Below, piece after piece: positions 29,901 through 38,685 of a stretch of 64,000 nt of DNA. The translations under genes and the position numbers were made by a program. Within the stretch, counting starts at the first letter, position 1. Each line of letters begins with the position of its first letter. The notes under the pieces are model-generated. The model ran no database searches and had not been told where the DNA came from. It saw only the letters and a program-made list of their open reading frames with translations. Origin of the DNA: Chloroflexota bacterium (GTDB lineage: Bacteria > Chloroflexota > Anaerolineae > UBA7937 > B3-Chlor); contig JAUVXJ010000001.1 in NCBI GenBank assembly GCA_030603665.1, positions 214,480 to 278,479 of the forward strand, written 5' to 3'.

Positions 29901-31039
29901 ACGATACCACCGTGACCATCCTGCTTCTTTCGTTGAGCCTGATCCCGGGTAGCATTTCCGCTGCCCTCACCTCCGTCTTCCTGGCCTATGAGAAGATGGA
30001 GTATCCGGCGGCTATCACCACGGTCACGACCATCATCAGAGTCAGCCTGGGAGTCGTGGTCCTGCTGATGGGATTCGGTATCGTCGGGCTGGCAGGGGTG
30101 GCCATCGTGTCCAGCATCATCACGGCCCTGCTTCTCCTGTTCCTGCTGGTGCGCCTGATCCTCCGACCGCATCTGGAGTTCACCCCACGGTTCAGTCGCG
30201 AGATGATCGGCACGTCTTATCCGCTGATGATAAACCACCTTCTAGCCACACTCTTCTGGCGTGTGGACGTCACGCTCCTGCAACCCATGAAGGGCGATAT
30301 CGTGGTCGGCTGGTACACCACAGCATACCGCTTTCTCGACGCGCTGAATATCATACCGGCCACCTTCACCGCAGCCATCTTCCCCATCATGTCGCGATAC
30401 GCTGAGGACGCCAGGGACGTCCTGATTCGTGCCTACACGATCTCACTCAAAGTGCTGATCATTGTCAGCCTGCCTTTGGCCCTTCTGACTACCTTCTACG
30501 CCGAAGGGATAATCCTCGTTGTCGGCGGCCAGGCGTACCTCCCCCACGCCGCCATCGCGCTGCGGCTTCTGATCTGGTCAATACCCTTCGGCTTTGTCAA
30601 CAGTGTCACTCAGTACGTGCTTATAGCCATCGACAAGCAGCGCTTCCTCACAGGAGCGTTCGTCGTTGGGGCCAGCTTCAACCTGATCGCGAACCTGCTC
30701 CTTATTCCAGCTTACGGCTACCAGGCTGCGGCGGTGACCACCATCATCTCCGAGGTAGTACTTCTCCTGCCCTTCTACTATGGGGTGCGAAAGCATCTCT
30801 CCGCCATACCCTGGGCTGGCTTGACATGGAGGCCCCTGCTCAGCACTCTGGTCACAGGCGCTCTGATTTGGTCGCTGCGCGACGTATCCTTTCTGCTGCT
30901 CATCCCTCTCTCGCTGGCAACCTACGTCGGATGCCTGGTCTTGACAGGCACATTCACCAAAGAGGACATCTCCTTGATGAGGCAGGTGCTCCCGGCCAGG
31001 CTCTGGTCGAAGGGCGCGCCTGAGGAGACCTTGGAGTAG
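26966..31039 (+). CDS. fusion protein: YfhO-family GT-C glycosyltransferase (N-terminal about 860 aa) plus Wzx/PST-family polysaccharide flippase (C-terminal about 480 aa)
   Basis: The N-terminal part reads [10 protein letters not shown]...[32 protein letters not shown], multi-TM and typical of YfhO. The C-terminal part ([56 protein letters not shown]... with 12 or more TM helices) is typical of Polysacc_synt/Wzx. The TTG start overlaps the GT2 stop (TTGA). Confidence 0.8.
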   Translation: [1357 protein letters not shown]

Positions 31040-31188
31040 AGACCTCGGTGTGCGCCGATACCGGCCACGGGGCGGCGCTGCGCCGTGATTGATGCTCTCC
31101 GCCGACACCGCTCCGCCGTCGCCCTCCTTCAACCCCCTCCGGTCATGCGTCGGAGACGGCCCCAGCCATCCACAAACGGCCTGCACCC

Positions 31189-31218
31189 TTGCTGTCAGCG
31201 CAACCCATCTGATATAAT
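31189..31218 (+). promoter_or_regulatory. sigma70-like promoter for asnS (TTGCTG-N18-TATAAT)
   Basis: TTGCTG is at 31189-31194 and TATAAT at 31213-31218. An AGGAGG Shine-Dalgarno sequence is at 31227-31232. Confidence 0.35.
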
Positions 31219-31233
31219 CGCGATCCAGGAGGC

Positions 31234-32535
31234 ATGACCATGGCGGGGCGAGCGTATGTGGAGACCGTAGGGCAGCACGAAGGCGAGCAGGCTACCATCA
31301 AGGGTTGGCTTTACAACAAGACTGACAAGGGCAAGCTGCAGTTCCTGCTGGTGCGGGACGGCACAGGCATCATCCAGGCTGTGGCTTTCAGGGATGACAT
31401 GCCGGCCGAGGCGTTCAAGGCAGCCCAGCAGGCCACGCAGGAGTCTTCCATTATCATGACGGGCATCGTCAGGGCCGACAAGCGAGCCCCCGGGGGCTAC
31501 GAGCTTGCTCTCACCAGCCTCGAGATTGTGCAACTGGCAGATCCCTATCCCATCACCCCCAAGGACCACGGCGTGGGTTTCCTCATGGACCATCGCCACC
31601 TTTGGCTACGGTCAGCGCGCCAGCACGCCATTCTCAAGGTCCGAGCCGAAGTCATCCGCGCCTGCCGCGACTATCTGGACGACAATGGCTTCGTTCTGGT
31701 TGACACGCCCATTCTCACTCCGGCTGCCTGCGAAGGGACAAGCACCCTCTTCGAGACTGACTACTTCGGTGAGTCCGCGTACCTCGCGCAGAGCGGTCAG
31801 CTCTATAGCGAGGCGAGCATCGCGTCCCTCGGAAAAGTGTACTGCTTTGGTCCTACCTTCCGCGCCGAGAAATCGAAGACTCGCCGGCATCTCCTGGAGT
31901 TCTGGATGGTCGAGCCGGAGATGGCGTACGCTGATCTGGATGACTGCATAGAACTCGCTGAGGGCTTCGTTGCCTACATCGTGCAGACCGTCCTGGACAG
32001 GCAGAAGGCGCAGCTGGAAGTGCTGGAGAGAGACACCACGCTGCTCGAGAAGGTGACACCACCGTTCCCGCGATTGTCGTACGATGAGGCCGTGGCGATG
32101 CTGCGCGAGCAAGGCCACGACATGGAATGGGGCGACGACTTCGGCGCTCCCGAGGAGACTGCGCTTGCTCAGAAGTCGGATAAGCCGGTGCTGATCCACC
32201 GCTTTCCCACGCAGTCCAAGGCCTTCTACATGGAGCCGGACCCTGAGCGTCCCGAGCTATCGTTGTCCGTAGACTGCCTTGCTCCCGAGGGGTATGGAGA
32301 GATCATAGGGGGCGGCCAGCGCATCGCCGACTACGACCTGCTGCTGACGCGGGTTAAGGAGCACAAACTGCCAGAAGAAGCCTTTCGCTGGTATCTGGAC
32401 CTCAGGCGCTACGGCTCTACACCTCACTCAGGGTTCGGTCTGGGCATCGAGCGCACAGTTGCCTGGATCTGCGGCCTGGAACACATACGAGAGACGATCT
32501 CCTTCCCGCGCATGCTCCATCGTCTCTATCCCTGA
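31234..32535 (+). CDS. asnS: asparaginyl-tRNA synthetase (class IIb)
   Basis: There is an N-terminal OB fold, class II motifs ([20 protein letters not shown]), and it ends in FP....LYP. The true start is probably ATG 31240, which has the better Shine-Dalgarno spacing. Confidence 0.85.
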   Translation: MTMAGRAYVETVGQHEGEQATIKGWLYNKTDKGKLQFLLVRDGTGIIQAVAFRDDMPAEAFKAAQQATQESSIIMTGIVRADKRAPGGYELALTSLEIVQLADPYPITPKDHGVGFLMDHRHLWLRSARQHAILKVRAEVIRACRDYLDDNGFVLVDTPILTPAACEGTSTLFETDYFGESAYLAQSGQLYSEASIASLGKVYCFGPTFRAEKSKTRRHLLEFWMVEPEMAYADLDDCIELAEGFVAYIVQTVLDRQKAQLEVLERDTTLLEKVTPPFPRLSYDEAVAMLREQGHDMEWGDDFGAPEETALAQKSDKPVLIHRFPTQSKAFYMEPDPERPELSLSVDCLAPEGYGEIIGGGQRIADYDLLLTRVKEHKLPEEAFRWYLDLRRYGSTPHSGFGLGIERTVAWICGLEHIRETISFPRMLHRLYP

Positions 32536-32545
32536 GCCGAGAAGC

Positions 32546-34213
32546 ATGAGGATACGCCGCCGGCGGTATCTACGTATAGTCCTCTTCGTATCGAGACTGC
32601 TCCTATCACTTCTGTGGTGGGAGCTGATACTGGGTCGATTCCTATCTCGGGGGCTGGCTCAGCGCGGAGCGACTGAGCGCCGCCGCCGTTGGGCGGCCAG
32701 CTTCCGCGACCTTGCCGTCGAGATGGGTGGAGTGCTGATCAAATTGGGCCAGTTCCTCAGTTCCCGCGCTGACGTCATGCCTCCCGAAATCACCAAGGAG
32801 CTGGCAGCTCTCCAAGACGAGGTCCCCCCTGATCCCTTCCCCCCTATCAAGCGGCTGATTGAAAAAGAACTCGGAGCACCTATCGATGGGCTCTTCTCTC
32901 GTTTCGTTGAGGAGCCTCAGTCCGGCGCCTCTCTGGGCCAGACGTACTATGCCTGGTTGCCCGATGGGGACCCAGTCATAGTCAAGGCACAACGGCCCAA
33001 CATTGATGAGCTGGTGGCCACGGACTTGGCAGCCGTGAGATGGGCGGTGGGCCTGATCAAGTGGTACCCGGCACTGCGCCGCAGGGTCAACATGGACGCA
33101 CTCCTGGACGAATTCAGCCGCGTTACGCACGGCGAGCTGGATTACATCGCAGAGGGGCGAAACGCAGAGGAACTCAGGGCCAACTTCGCTGACAACCCCG
33201 CCATCTTCGTCCCGCGGCCCTATTGGTCGCACACTAGCAAGCGCGTTCTCACCCTTGAGCGCGCAGATGCCATCAAGATCACAGACTACAGAGCTCTGAC
33301 CGCTGAAGGTATCGATCGGGGAGCGGTCGCGGAGAGGGTCTTCGGCACCTACATTCAACAGATGCTGATCGATGGCTTCTTCCACGCCGACCCTCATCCT
33401 GGGAACCTCTTTGTTGAGCCCCGGGGCCCCAAACCCGAGGATGGATCGTATAGCAGGGAGTTTGTCATCACCTTCGTGGATTTTGGAATGGTGGGTCGCA
33501 TACGACCCGCAGATAAGGCCCTCTTACGCGACCTTGCCATCCACGCCTTCAACAGGGAGGTACCCGCTGCCTTGGGCGACATGCAGAAGCTCGGCTTCAT
33601 CCTGCCGGGCACCGACACCCGCCCACTGGAGAAGGCGCTCTACATCCTCATAGATCGCTACTATGGCCTGTCGGTGCGTGAGTTCGCGAGCGTCGACATC
33701 GACGAGATGCTGGCTATGGCCTACGAGCTGCGCGACATCATCTACGAGTTCCCTTTCCAGATCCCCATTGACTTTGTCCTACTAGGGCGCGCTCTCGGGA
33801 TTCTGGAGGGACTCTGCGCTGGCCTGGACCCCGACTTCAACGGGTTTGTGGTGGCGGAACCTTATGTAAAGCAATTGATGGCCATAGAACTGGCCGAGGA
33901 GAGCCTGACCGACCGGGCGCTTAAGGAGGTTCAGGGTCTGGCCACGCTACTGTGGCACCTGCCTCGGGAGCTGGACCAGTTCCTCAGAGACAGTACTCGA
34001 GGTAATCTGGAGGTCCGGGTCGCCCCCACCAGGGAAATGGACAGGCTCGTCGGACGTCTCGAGCGAGCCGTCGGCCGCCTAACCGAGATCATCGCCTTTG
34101 CCGGGTTCCTGCTGGCTGGAGTACTGCTGCTCGTCGCGGGATGGCGTGAGCTTGGGTTGTTCTTGCTCGCCTGGGCCTTCTTGACCGCGCTATACCTCGT
34201 GGTGAGGCGATAG
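32546..34213 (+). CDS. ABC1/UbiB-family atypical kinase with a C-terminal TM
   Basis: It reads FVEEPQSGASLGQTYYAWLPDGDPVIVKAQRPNI...FHADPHPGNLFV...DFGMVGR. The ORF caller extends it to 32459. The ATG at 32546 avoids the asnS overlap. Confidence 0.8.
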   Translation: MRIRRRRYLRIVLFVSRLLLSLLWWELILGRFLSRGLAQRGATERRRRWAASFRDLAVEMGGVLIKLGQFLSSRADVMPPEITKELAALQDEVPPDPFPPIKRLIEKELGAPIDGLFSRFVEEPQSGASLGQTYYAWLPDGDPVIVKAQRPNIDELVATDLAAVRWAVGLIKWYPALRRRVNMDALLDEFSRVTHGELDYIAEGRNAEELRANFADNPAIFVPRPYWSHTSKRVLTLERADAIKITDYRALTAEGIDRGAVAERVFGTYIQQMLIDGFFHADPHPGNLFVEPRGPKPEDGSYSREFVITFVDFGMVGRIRPADKALLRDLAIHAFNREVPAALGDMQKLGFILPGTDTRPLEKALYILIDRYYGLSVREFASVDIDEMLAMAYELRDIIYEFPFQIPIDFVLLGRALGILEGLCAGLDPDFNGFVVAEPYVKQLMAIELAEESLTDRALKEVQGLATLLWHLPRELDQFLRDSTRGNLEVRVAPTREMDRLVGRLERAVGRLTEIIAFAGFLLAGVLLLVAGWRELGLFLLAWAFLTALYLVVRR

Positions 34214-35104
34214 CACGACAGCGCCACTGGACAACACGATCCCGCCAGCCACGCGCCGGTCCTGTACCTCAGTGTTGGGGAACACAATCGCGTCGCGAAG
34301 CACACAGTTGCGGACCACCGCGCGCGGACCGATAACGGCGAAGGGACCAAGACGACTGTCCACCGCCTCAGCCTCCGGTGAGACCCACACGGGAAGCGCC
34401 GACTGCGAACAACCACCGGTCCGATTGTATCCATCTTCAGCAACCGCGGTGTGAAAGCTATACGACCACCTCTCCAGCTGGCGCCGGACTACGCTTAGCA
34501 GATCATTCAGTTCGTTGATGTTGACTCGCCATCCCATCAATGGGATTTCATCCACACGCGCCCCAGAATCTAGCAATGCCCTTGTCAGGAAGCGCAGTTC
34601 GTCGGCACTGTGCAATGCTCTAGCCACAGCGAAGACGCCAGTCCCCAGAACGTAGCATCCTGACGACGCCAGCCGCTCCTCGTCTTCAGAGTCTTGACCA
34701 TCTTGGGCCTCGACCAGGAACACTCCCTCAGAGCCACCCTCCTGCATTGCCGACTGAGCCGCCCTGACCAGATAATCCAGTCCATGGGAGAAGTAATTGT
34801 CTCCGTGGAGTACGATGGACGGCTCTGTGACAACCCCTTCGGCGCTGGCCAGAGCGCCAAGCAAAGTGAACGGCGGCTTCTGTTCTATTTCCGTCACAGA
34901 CTTCAGGCCGCGGAGCACCCGACTCATCTCTTGTCTCTTGTGTTGGGTCACCACGAACGTGTGAGTGACCGGCAACTTGGCCAGCAGGGCCAACTGGTGC
35001 TCCAGCAGCGTACCCCCGGGAAGGTAGAGGAGGGGTTTGGGCACCTGCGAGGTGACGTGCCGCATCCGCCTTCCTTCGCCCCCGGCCAGAATCAACGCTT
35101 GCAT
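34190..35104 (-). CDS. bifunctional sugar-1-phosphate nucleotidyltransferase / left-handed beta-helix acyltransferase-like protein
   Basis: The N-terminus is MQALILAGGEGRRMRHVTSQVPKPLL. The C-terminus carries hexapeptide repeats. The start is placed at the ATG giving MQALILAGG; the ORF continues upstream to 35230. Confidence 0.7.
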   Translation of the reverse strand: MQALILAGGEGRRMRHVTSQVPKPLLYLPGGTLLEHQLALLAKLPVTHTFVVTQHKRQEMSRVLRGLKSVTEIEQKPPFTLLGALASAEGVVTEPSIVLHGDNYFSHGLDYLVRAAQSAMQEGGSEGVFLVEAQDGQDSEDEERLASSGCYVLGTGVFAVARALHSADELRFLTRALLDSGARVDEIPLMGWRVNINELNDLLSVVRRQLERWSYSFHTAVAEDGYNRTGGCSQSALPVWVSPEAEAVDSRLGPFAVIGPRAVVRNCVLRDAIVFPNTEVQDRRVAGGIVLSSGAVVLSPHHEV

Positions 35105-35366
35105 AGTGTCTGCGTCCCCAGGGGACATTGTACTTGTGGAGTAGTTCCTTGCCAACCGTTCGTTGCGGTGATATGATTTGCCCCTATCACGAGCTAAAGC
35201 CTCAGGCAGAGCTGTGATGCCGCAACCCATGGACGGTGCTCAGCTTGAGAAACGCTCTCTCGATCGCGGGTGCACCCTTAGCAGCAATCATTGCCAGATA
35301 GGCCAAGCGGAGCGAACACCAAGACATGCCGTGGCCCTGGACGCCTCACATCATGGCACATAGGAG

Positions 35367-36035
35367 TTGAGTCAGGTGAACCCTAGCAGAATCCTCATCT
35401 CATTGACCATCATCTTGATCTGCGCCGGTGCGATGTCAAGTTGTGGCTCATCGGACAACGGAACCGCGCTGTCGCCCACGGCGACGGAGTTGCCTGACTC
35501 GACGACGGCTGCACCGCCTCTTGCGACGACCTCCACGGCTCCAGGGGGAAGCGAAGCGCCCGATGGGATACCGGTGATCGGCGACAGCGCCCCCGACTTC
35601 ACGCTGCCTTCGGTGTGGGGCGATGTCTTCACTCTTTCCCACTATCGAGGGGACCAAAACGTCGTACTGCTATTCTACAGAACGGGCAGTTGAGGGCCGT
35701 GCAGAACGCAACTCGGTGAGTTGCAGCAAGAGTACGCCAGGTTCCAGGAGCTCAACACGGAGTTGCTGGCTATCAGCGTTCAGGAGCCAGATATCGGCCA
35801 ACAAGTGTCCGAACTGCTCGATCTGCAGTATCCCGTTCTCTCAGACCCGGGCCGCCTGGCAGTGGATGCGTACGGGGTCTACGACCTGCTGGGTGACTCC
35901 CTGGCTGCCCCCTCGGTGTTCGTGATCGACATTGACGGGGTGGTTAGGTGGGTGTACGTGGGCGAGTCGTCCGGCGACCGTCCCAGCAACGAGATGATTC
36001 TGGAGCAACTGAGAGCCCTCGCCACACCTGGATGA
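35367..36035 (+). CDS. probable selenoprotein: exported, lipoprotein-like AhpC/TSA-family redoxin (thioredoxin fold) with an in-frame UGA (Sec) at 35691-35693 in a T-x-x-U-G-P-C motif
   Basis: Two called ORFs (35367..35693 and 35721..36035) share one frame. Read-through of the TGA gives ...VVLLFYRTGS-U-GPCRTQLGELQQEYARFQELNTELLAISVQ..., with no other stops. Homology to AhpC/TSA spans both halves (APDFTLP...FY..TxxC; LSDP; YGV; VFVIDIDGVVRWV). The N-terminus is signal or lipoprotein-like. The start may be GTG 35376. Confidence 0.6.
35708..35724 (+). promoter_or_regulatory. SECIS-like hairpin (7-bp perfect stem gcaactc/gagttgc with a GGU loop) starting 15 nt 3' of the in-frame UGA
   Basis: The sequence is gcaactc-ggt-gagttgc. 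Bacterial SECIS elements are hairpins immediately downstream of the UGA with a G/U apical loop. Confidence 0.4.
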
Positions 36036-36087
36036 GTTGGGCGTGCAGGTGCTTGCGGTATTGCTTCGGCGAGGCAGGACTTAGGGA

Positions 36088-38214
36088 CTAGCTCGCAGCG
36101 ATGAGCAGTGGGTACTCGTTCTCGAAGACCTGATCCCCATACTTCAGACTCAGACGCAGCTTCCTCTCGCCAGGTTCCGCGAAGCGCAATCGCAGCAGCC
36201 GTACCAGCTGCGCCTCCGAGTCAGCTGCTAACGAGGCAGAGAAGCTGGCGGAAGTGGTTCTCCGTCCGTCTGCGTCGAAAACCTCGGCAGCGACGCTCAC
36301 CTCTTCGTACCCCTGCGGGCTGTCATTGACCACATAGACAGGCACTGCGATCTCCTCCCCAACAGCGAACGCCGGGCGATCCAACAGAGTGAACACATAC
36401 TGTGGATGGAAGGCGCGCTGCATGTGGTAGTAGGAGCGCTTGGGCACGCGCCAGTAGTCCACGACCGACCACTGTATGGCGGGGTTGGGGTCGTGAAAGG
36501 AGAAAGCCAGCACCCCTCCTGTGGGTTGGTACTTCGAATGCCTCAGGCTGTCGATGTAGGCGCGGTTCATAGCGATCTGGTACTCCTGGCTGGCTTCGAT
36601 GACATCGCGTAGGTCCGTGAAGGAATCAAGATCGAGCCAGCTGTCCATGATCTCACGCTGAAGGCTGTGGCGTTTCTCCAAGTCGGCCCAGTCCATCTGT
36701 GAGAGCTGAGAAGACATGAAGCGTATGCTACTCTCGTAGTTGGGGAAGCTCTGAGCGCCAAACTCGGTCACGAATGGCAGACGCTTGGCAAGCCCCTCCA
36801 GCTTCTTCGCGGCATCTTGGCGCCGGTACCAGCCGTAGTACAGGTGGCTGTCAGTGCCTTTCCTGAGAAGAGGCACGCGCCATTCGCCCGAGGAGCGCAC
36901 CACAAAGCGAGTCTGGTCCAGTTCCTCGGCCCGGCGCTTCAACTGCTTGTCCATTTGGTCGCGGTTCCAGTTGTAGAACAGGAGCGAGAACAAGGTCCTG
37001 GCGATCCAGCGCCGGCGCCCGTTTTCTGACTCTGGTTGGATGCCCGGCTCGTTGTGCATGCACCAGATCGCGACAGCCGGGTGGTTGTAGAGGTGGTTCA
37101 CCATCAGTTCCAGCTGCCGTAGCGCCTCGGGCAATACCTCCTTGGAGTAACTCCACTGCAGGGGGAAATCCTGCCATATGAGCATCCCCAACTCATCAGC
37201 AGCTTCATAGAAGGCGGGGTGCTCAACGTGAGCGTGCAGGCGCAGCATGTTCATGTTGGCGTCACGGGCCAACTCAAGGTCCCTATGGTAGCGCTCACGA
37301 TTCATGGTGGCAATCCTGGTATCGCCCGGGCCGTAGTTGTTGCCCTTGATGAAGAGGCGCCGCCCGTTCAGGTAGGCTATCCAGCCACGCATCTCGAAAG
37401 TGCGCAACCCGTAGTTGAACTCCACCTTATCAGAAGGAGTCTTGCTCCCCGCAGTGGTCACCTCCACCGACATGCGGTAGAGATGGGGAAACCCCTGATC
37501 GTGTGTCCACCACAAATGGGGCTCCTCCACAACCAGGGGTACCTCCACCACGTTGGAGCCTGGTGAGAGCTCGACCTCCTTGTGGAAGACCTGTCCGTCT
37601 CCCTCGAAGTTGTGAGGGGTGAGACTGATGCGCAGTTTCACCGAGGTCGACGCCTGTGCCTCGAGCACCACGCGACAGGCTATTCTAGCCGCGGAGTCCT
37701 CGCTCAGCTCTGTCACGCTCAGGCGGCTGTGCTTGACGTACACCTCTCCCGAGCGCACGATCTCAACTGGGAGCCAGATCCCTCCAGGGTTCGTCTCGGG
37801 GTCCAGGGCGTCCCAATGAGAGAACACGCCGGTGATCATGGTCTTCCTGGCCTTGTCCTCCTCGTCCGGACAGTCCACCTCCACCAGCAGTGTGTTCTTG
37901 CCCCTGAGTATGCCAGTGACTTCATACTCCTGGGGAAAGAAGTACCCTTCATTGGCACCAAGCCGGCGGTCGTTGAGATAGACTGTCGAGCGATAGAAGA
38001 CCCCATTCAGGCGCAGCCGATACCTCTTGCCCCTGGCGCGCCGAAAAGAGAAGCTCTTGCGATAGACGACCTTGCCCGCATGAGTCTGCAGGTCCTCGTG
38101 CTGCTGCCAGTGGCTCGGGATCTCCATCTCCAGCCACCCTTCCTCAGGGTACTGGCTCCTGAAGTCAGCCACCGGCAAGAGTTCCCATGTGCCGTCCAGC
38201 GACGTTGTCTTCAT
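36088..38214 (-). CDS. glycoside hydrolase family 2 (beta-mannosidase/beta-galactosidase-like), apparently cytoplasmic
   Basis: The GH2 sugar-binding N-domain reads LDGTWEL...YRLRLNGVFYRSTVYLND. The TIM-barrel reads NMLRLHAHVEHPAFYEAADELGMLIWQDF. There is no signal peptide. Confidence 0.8.
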   Translation of the reverse strand: MKTTSLDGTWELLPVADFRSQYPEEGWLEMEIPSHWQQHEDLQTHAGKVVYRKSFSFRRARGKRYRLRLNGVFYRSTVYLNDRRLGANEGYFFPQEYEVTGILRGKNTLLVEVDCPDEEDKARKTMITGVFSHWDALDPETNPGGIWLPVEIVRSGEVYVKHSRLSVTELSEDSAARIACRVVLEAQASTSVKLRISLTPHNFEGDGQVFHKEVELSPGSNVVEVPLVVEEPHLWWTHDQGFPHLYRMSVEVTTAGSKTPSDKVEFNYGLRTFEMRGWIAYLNGRRLFIKGNNYGPGDTRIATMNRERYHRDLELARDANMNMLRLHAHVEHPAFYEAADELGMLIWQDFPLQWSYSKEVLPEALRQLELMVNHLYNHPAVAIWCMHNEPGIQPESENGRRRWIARTLFSLLFYNWNRDQMDKQLKRRAEELDQTRFVVRSSGEWRVPLLRKGTDSHLYYGWYRRQDAAKKLEGLAKRLPFVTEFGAQSFPNYESSIRFMSSQLSQMDWADLEKRHSLQREIMDSWLDLDSFTDLRDVIEASQEYQIAMNRAYIDSLRHSKYQPTGGVLAFSFHDPNPAIQWSVVDYWRVPKRSYYHMQRAFHPQYVFTLLDRPAFAVGEEIAVPVYVVNDSPQGYEEVSVAAEVFDADGRRTTSASFSASLAADSEAQLVRLLRLRFAEPGERKLRLSLKYGDQVFENEYPLLIAAS

Positions 38215-38685
38215 AGTTGGGCACCTACTCCCCGATCCATCCAGTCATGCGGGCAATTATGGCACAGGTGGCATGGACGGGCAAGACTGATCCTCCGCTG
38301 CATAGCCACGCTCTTGATCGCCGCATGCCCTCACGTTCATACCCTAGGGACTCATCTCGTCCACCTGTTGCGCCGGCTTTGCATCAAGAGCCTGGAGCTC
38401 CCAGATCCAGGTCCCAATCGAGTGAAGAGAGGTGAGATGTACCTCAGAAGTTGCATAGTGGGGTAGGGTGGGCTCCAAGGCCGGCAGCGGGAGCCACGAG
38501 CGGGTTTCCCGTCGGGCGAGCTCGGTCCGTGCGATGGGGCATCAGCCGTGCTTTGCCATCCTGGACTGTGCTCACGGCGAGGGAGTGTTCAGACCGTGGA
38601 TGCTGGCGCCGGCTCACGTGCTGCCACGACAGTTCTCAACATCTCCGGGGATAATCAAGGCGGGTTTCCCGAGCATCGCCGATGG

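Noticed and set aside
32642-33397. A 251-aa minus-strand ORF.
   Set aside because: It is antisense to the ABC1/UbiB kinase gene.
37582-38466. A 294-aa plus-strand ORF.
   Set aside because: It is antisense to the GH2 gene.
38490-38680. A 12-nt direct repeat gcgggtttcccg, occurring twice about 165 nt apart upstream of the GH2 gene.
   Set aside because: Exact 12-mer coincidences are expected dozens of times by chance in 64 kb of GC-rich DNA. There is no third copy and no dyad symmetry.
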